NCBI GenBank assembly: GCA_030390025.1
Contig: CM059431.1
Coordinates: forward strand, 111,602,001 to 111,666,000
DNA from: Squalus acanthias
Taxonomy: Eukaryota
Length of the DNA: 64,000 nt
Direction of reading: 5' to 3'
Shown here piece after piece: positions 62,786 through 64,000 of this stretch. Both the position numbers and the translations under genes were made by a program. Position 1 is the first letter of the stretch; each line of letters starts with the position of its first letter. Under the pieces are notes generated by a model, which saw only the letters and a program-made list of their open reading frames with translations, searched no databases and had not been told where the DNA came from.

Positions 62786-62975
62786 ATGATGCGGAGATGC
62801 CGGTGTTGGACTGGGGTGGACAAAAGTGAGAAGTCGCACAACACCAGGTTATAGTCCAACAGCTTTATTTGAAATCACAAGCTTTCGGAGCGCTGCTCCT
62901 TCGTCAGGTGAAGTGACCTGACGAAGGAGCAGCGCTCCGAAAGCTTGTGATTTCAAATAAAGCTGTTGGACTATA
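62786..62975. mobile_element. Miniature palindromic Penelope insertion (family 1) with two opposed hammerhead motifs
   Basis: Perfect 60-bp arms 62850-62909 and 62916-62975, 6-nt loop; tail on the left; TSD (ta)gcattaaaac at 62774-62785 and 62974-62985. Confidence 0.9.
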
Positions 62976-63744
62976 GCATTAAAACTTTATAGCTTTATAA
63001 GAACAAAGATAGCAATCTGACGTCCCACTGTTTTCATAGTCATCTCATCAGGTTTATCACTGTTGTAACCTGTGGTGACATCAAGGCCAGTCTTTTATCA
63101 GAAGTAACTGAGACCCAAAACTCCCCAGAGTTAGCAAAGACTGGAAAATTAAGAGACTGAACCGATGAACGTTCCAAGCACGTGGCCTTCATTCAGAGGC
63201 AATCAGGCCGCATTATATGGACAGGCTTTCACTGAATCCCCGCCACCTTTCAGCTTCAAGCCAATTACGTTCCAGTTTAAGATGAAGATCACATGTGCCT
63301 ATCCATTCTTTCAACTGAAAGCCAATTTAAAGTATAGCTGAACTTGCTGCTAGGTTTCAGGATGTAACTAGATAGCGTTTAGAATAGTGCTAGTGTGCTG
63401 AGCTAGGCAGTTTTTCCTGATGGCTAGGATGTTTTTTTGTGCTTGGTGTTAGAGCTGCAGCAGCAATAAAGCATTGATTTTTGTGTTCTATTCTTTACTT
63501 GGTACGTCGAGCCATTTGATGAATTTATATTACATTTTCATCCAAAAATTTACATTATGTGATTTTTTTTTTGTGTCAGCCCTAGACAGTGGAACAGATT
63601 TAAGGAATCATTCTTTTGACTTTGACTCCCAGTGGAAGGCTCGGCCATTCCACAGAGCATAACAGAATTTTAATGCACAGCAGAATTTTCTGAACATTTA
63701 AATTAATAATGGGAAAATCATAGGCAGCCTGAAATTCTGCTGCA

Positions 63745-64000
63745 GAAAGAAAGAACTTGTGCCTTTCACAACCTCAGGACGCACCAAAGCGCTTTACAAC
63801 CACATCAGTACTTTTGAAGTGTAGTCACTGTTGTCATGAAGGAAACACGGCATTTGCGCACAGCAAGGTCCCACAAACAGCAATGAGATTAATGACCAGG
63901 CAATCTGTTTTTTAGTGAAGTTGGTTGAGGGATAAATATTGGCCCAGACACTCCCTGCTCTTCTTCGAAATAGTCCCATGGAAACTTTTACGTCCACCTG
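63745..64000 (-). mobile_element. SacSINE1/DeuSINE-type SINE, cut by the window edge
   Basis: Family tail and body on the minus strand. Confidence 0.75.

Noticed and set aside
1..64000. CRISPR arrays, operons or other prokaryotic systems; remaining short ORFs
   Set aside because: No repeat-spacer array is present; the context is a eukaryotic intron and the short ORFs map to repeats or lack recognisable motifs.

Overview
Repeat-dense vertebrate genomic DNA, most likely from a cartilaginous fish (shark), judged from HE1-type V-SINE, SacSINE1/DeuSINE-type SINEs and CR1/L2 LINE families. The only host-gene sequence I can support is three minus-strand, phase-0 coding exons of TBC1D4/AS160 (16847-17440, 4084-4173, 1738-1842). 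The first coding exon lies beyond the right edge, so ~46 kb is one large intron. The introns are filled with nested mobile elements: CR1, L2 and a third LINE family, SINEs, PIF/Harbinger-type and hAT-type non-autonomous DNA transposons, and three solo LTRs. The most striking system is a set of Penelope-like (Neptune-type GIY-YIG) insertions from two families. Most are fold-back (inverted) structures, three are complete with 11-13 bp TSDs, sizes run from 2.6 kb down to a 190-bp palindrome, and they carry minimal type-I hammerhead ribozyme motifs whose stems covary between copies. All family assignments come from motif recognition and recall, not database searches. Boundaries of old repeats are approximate.
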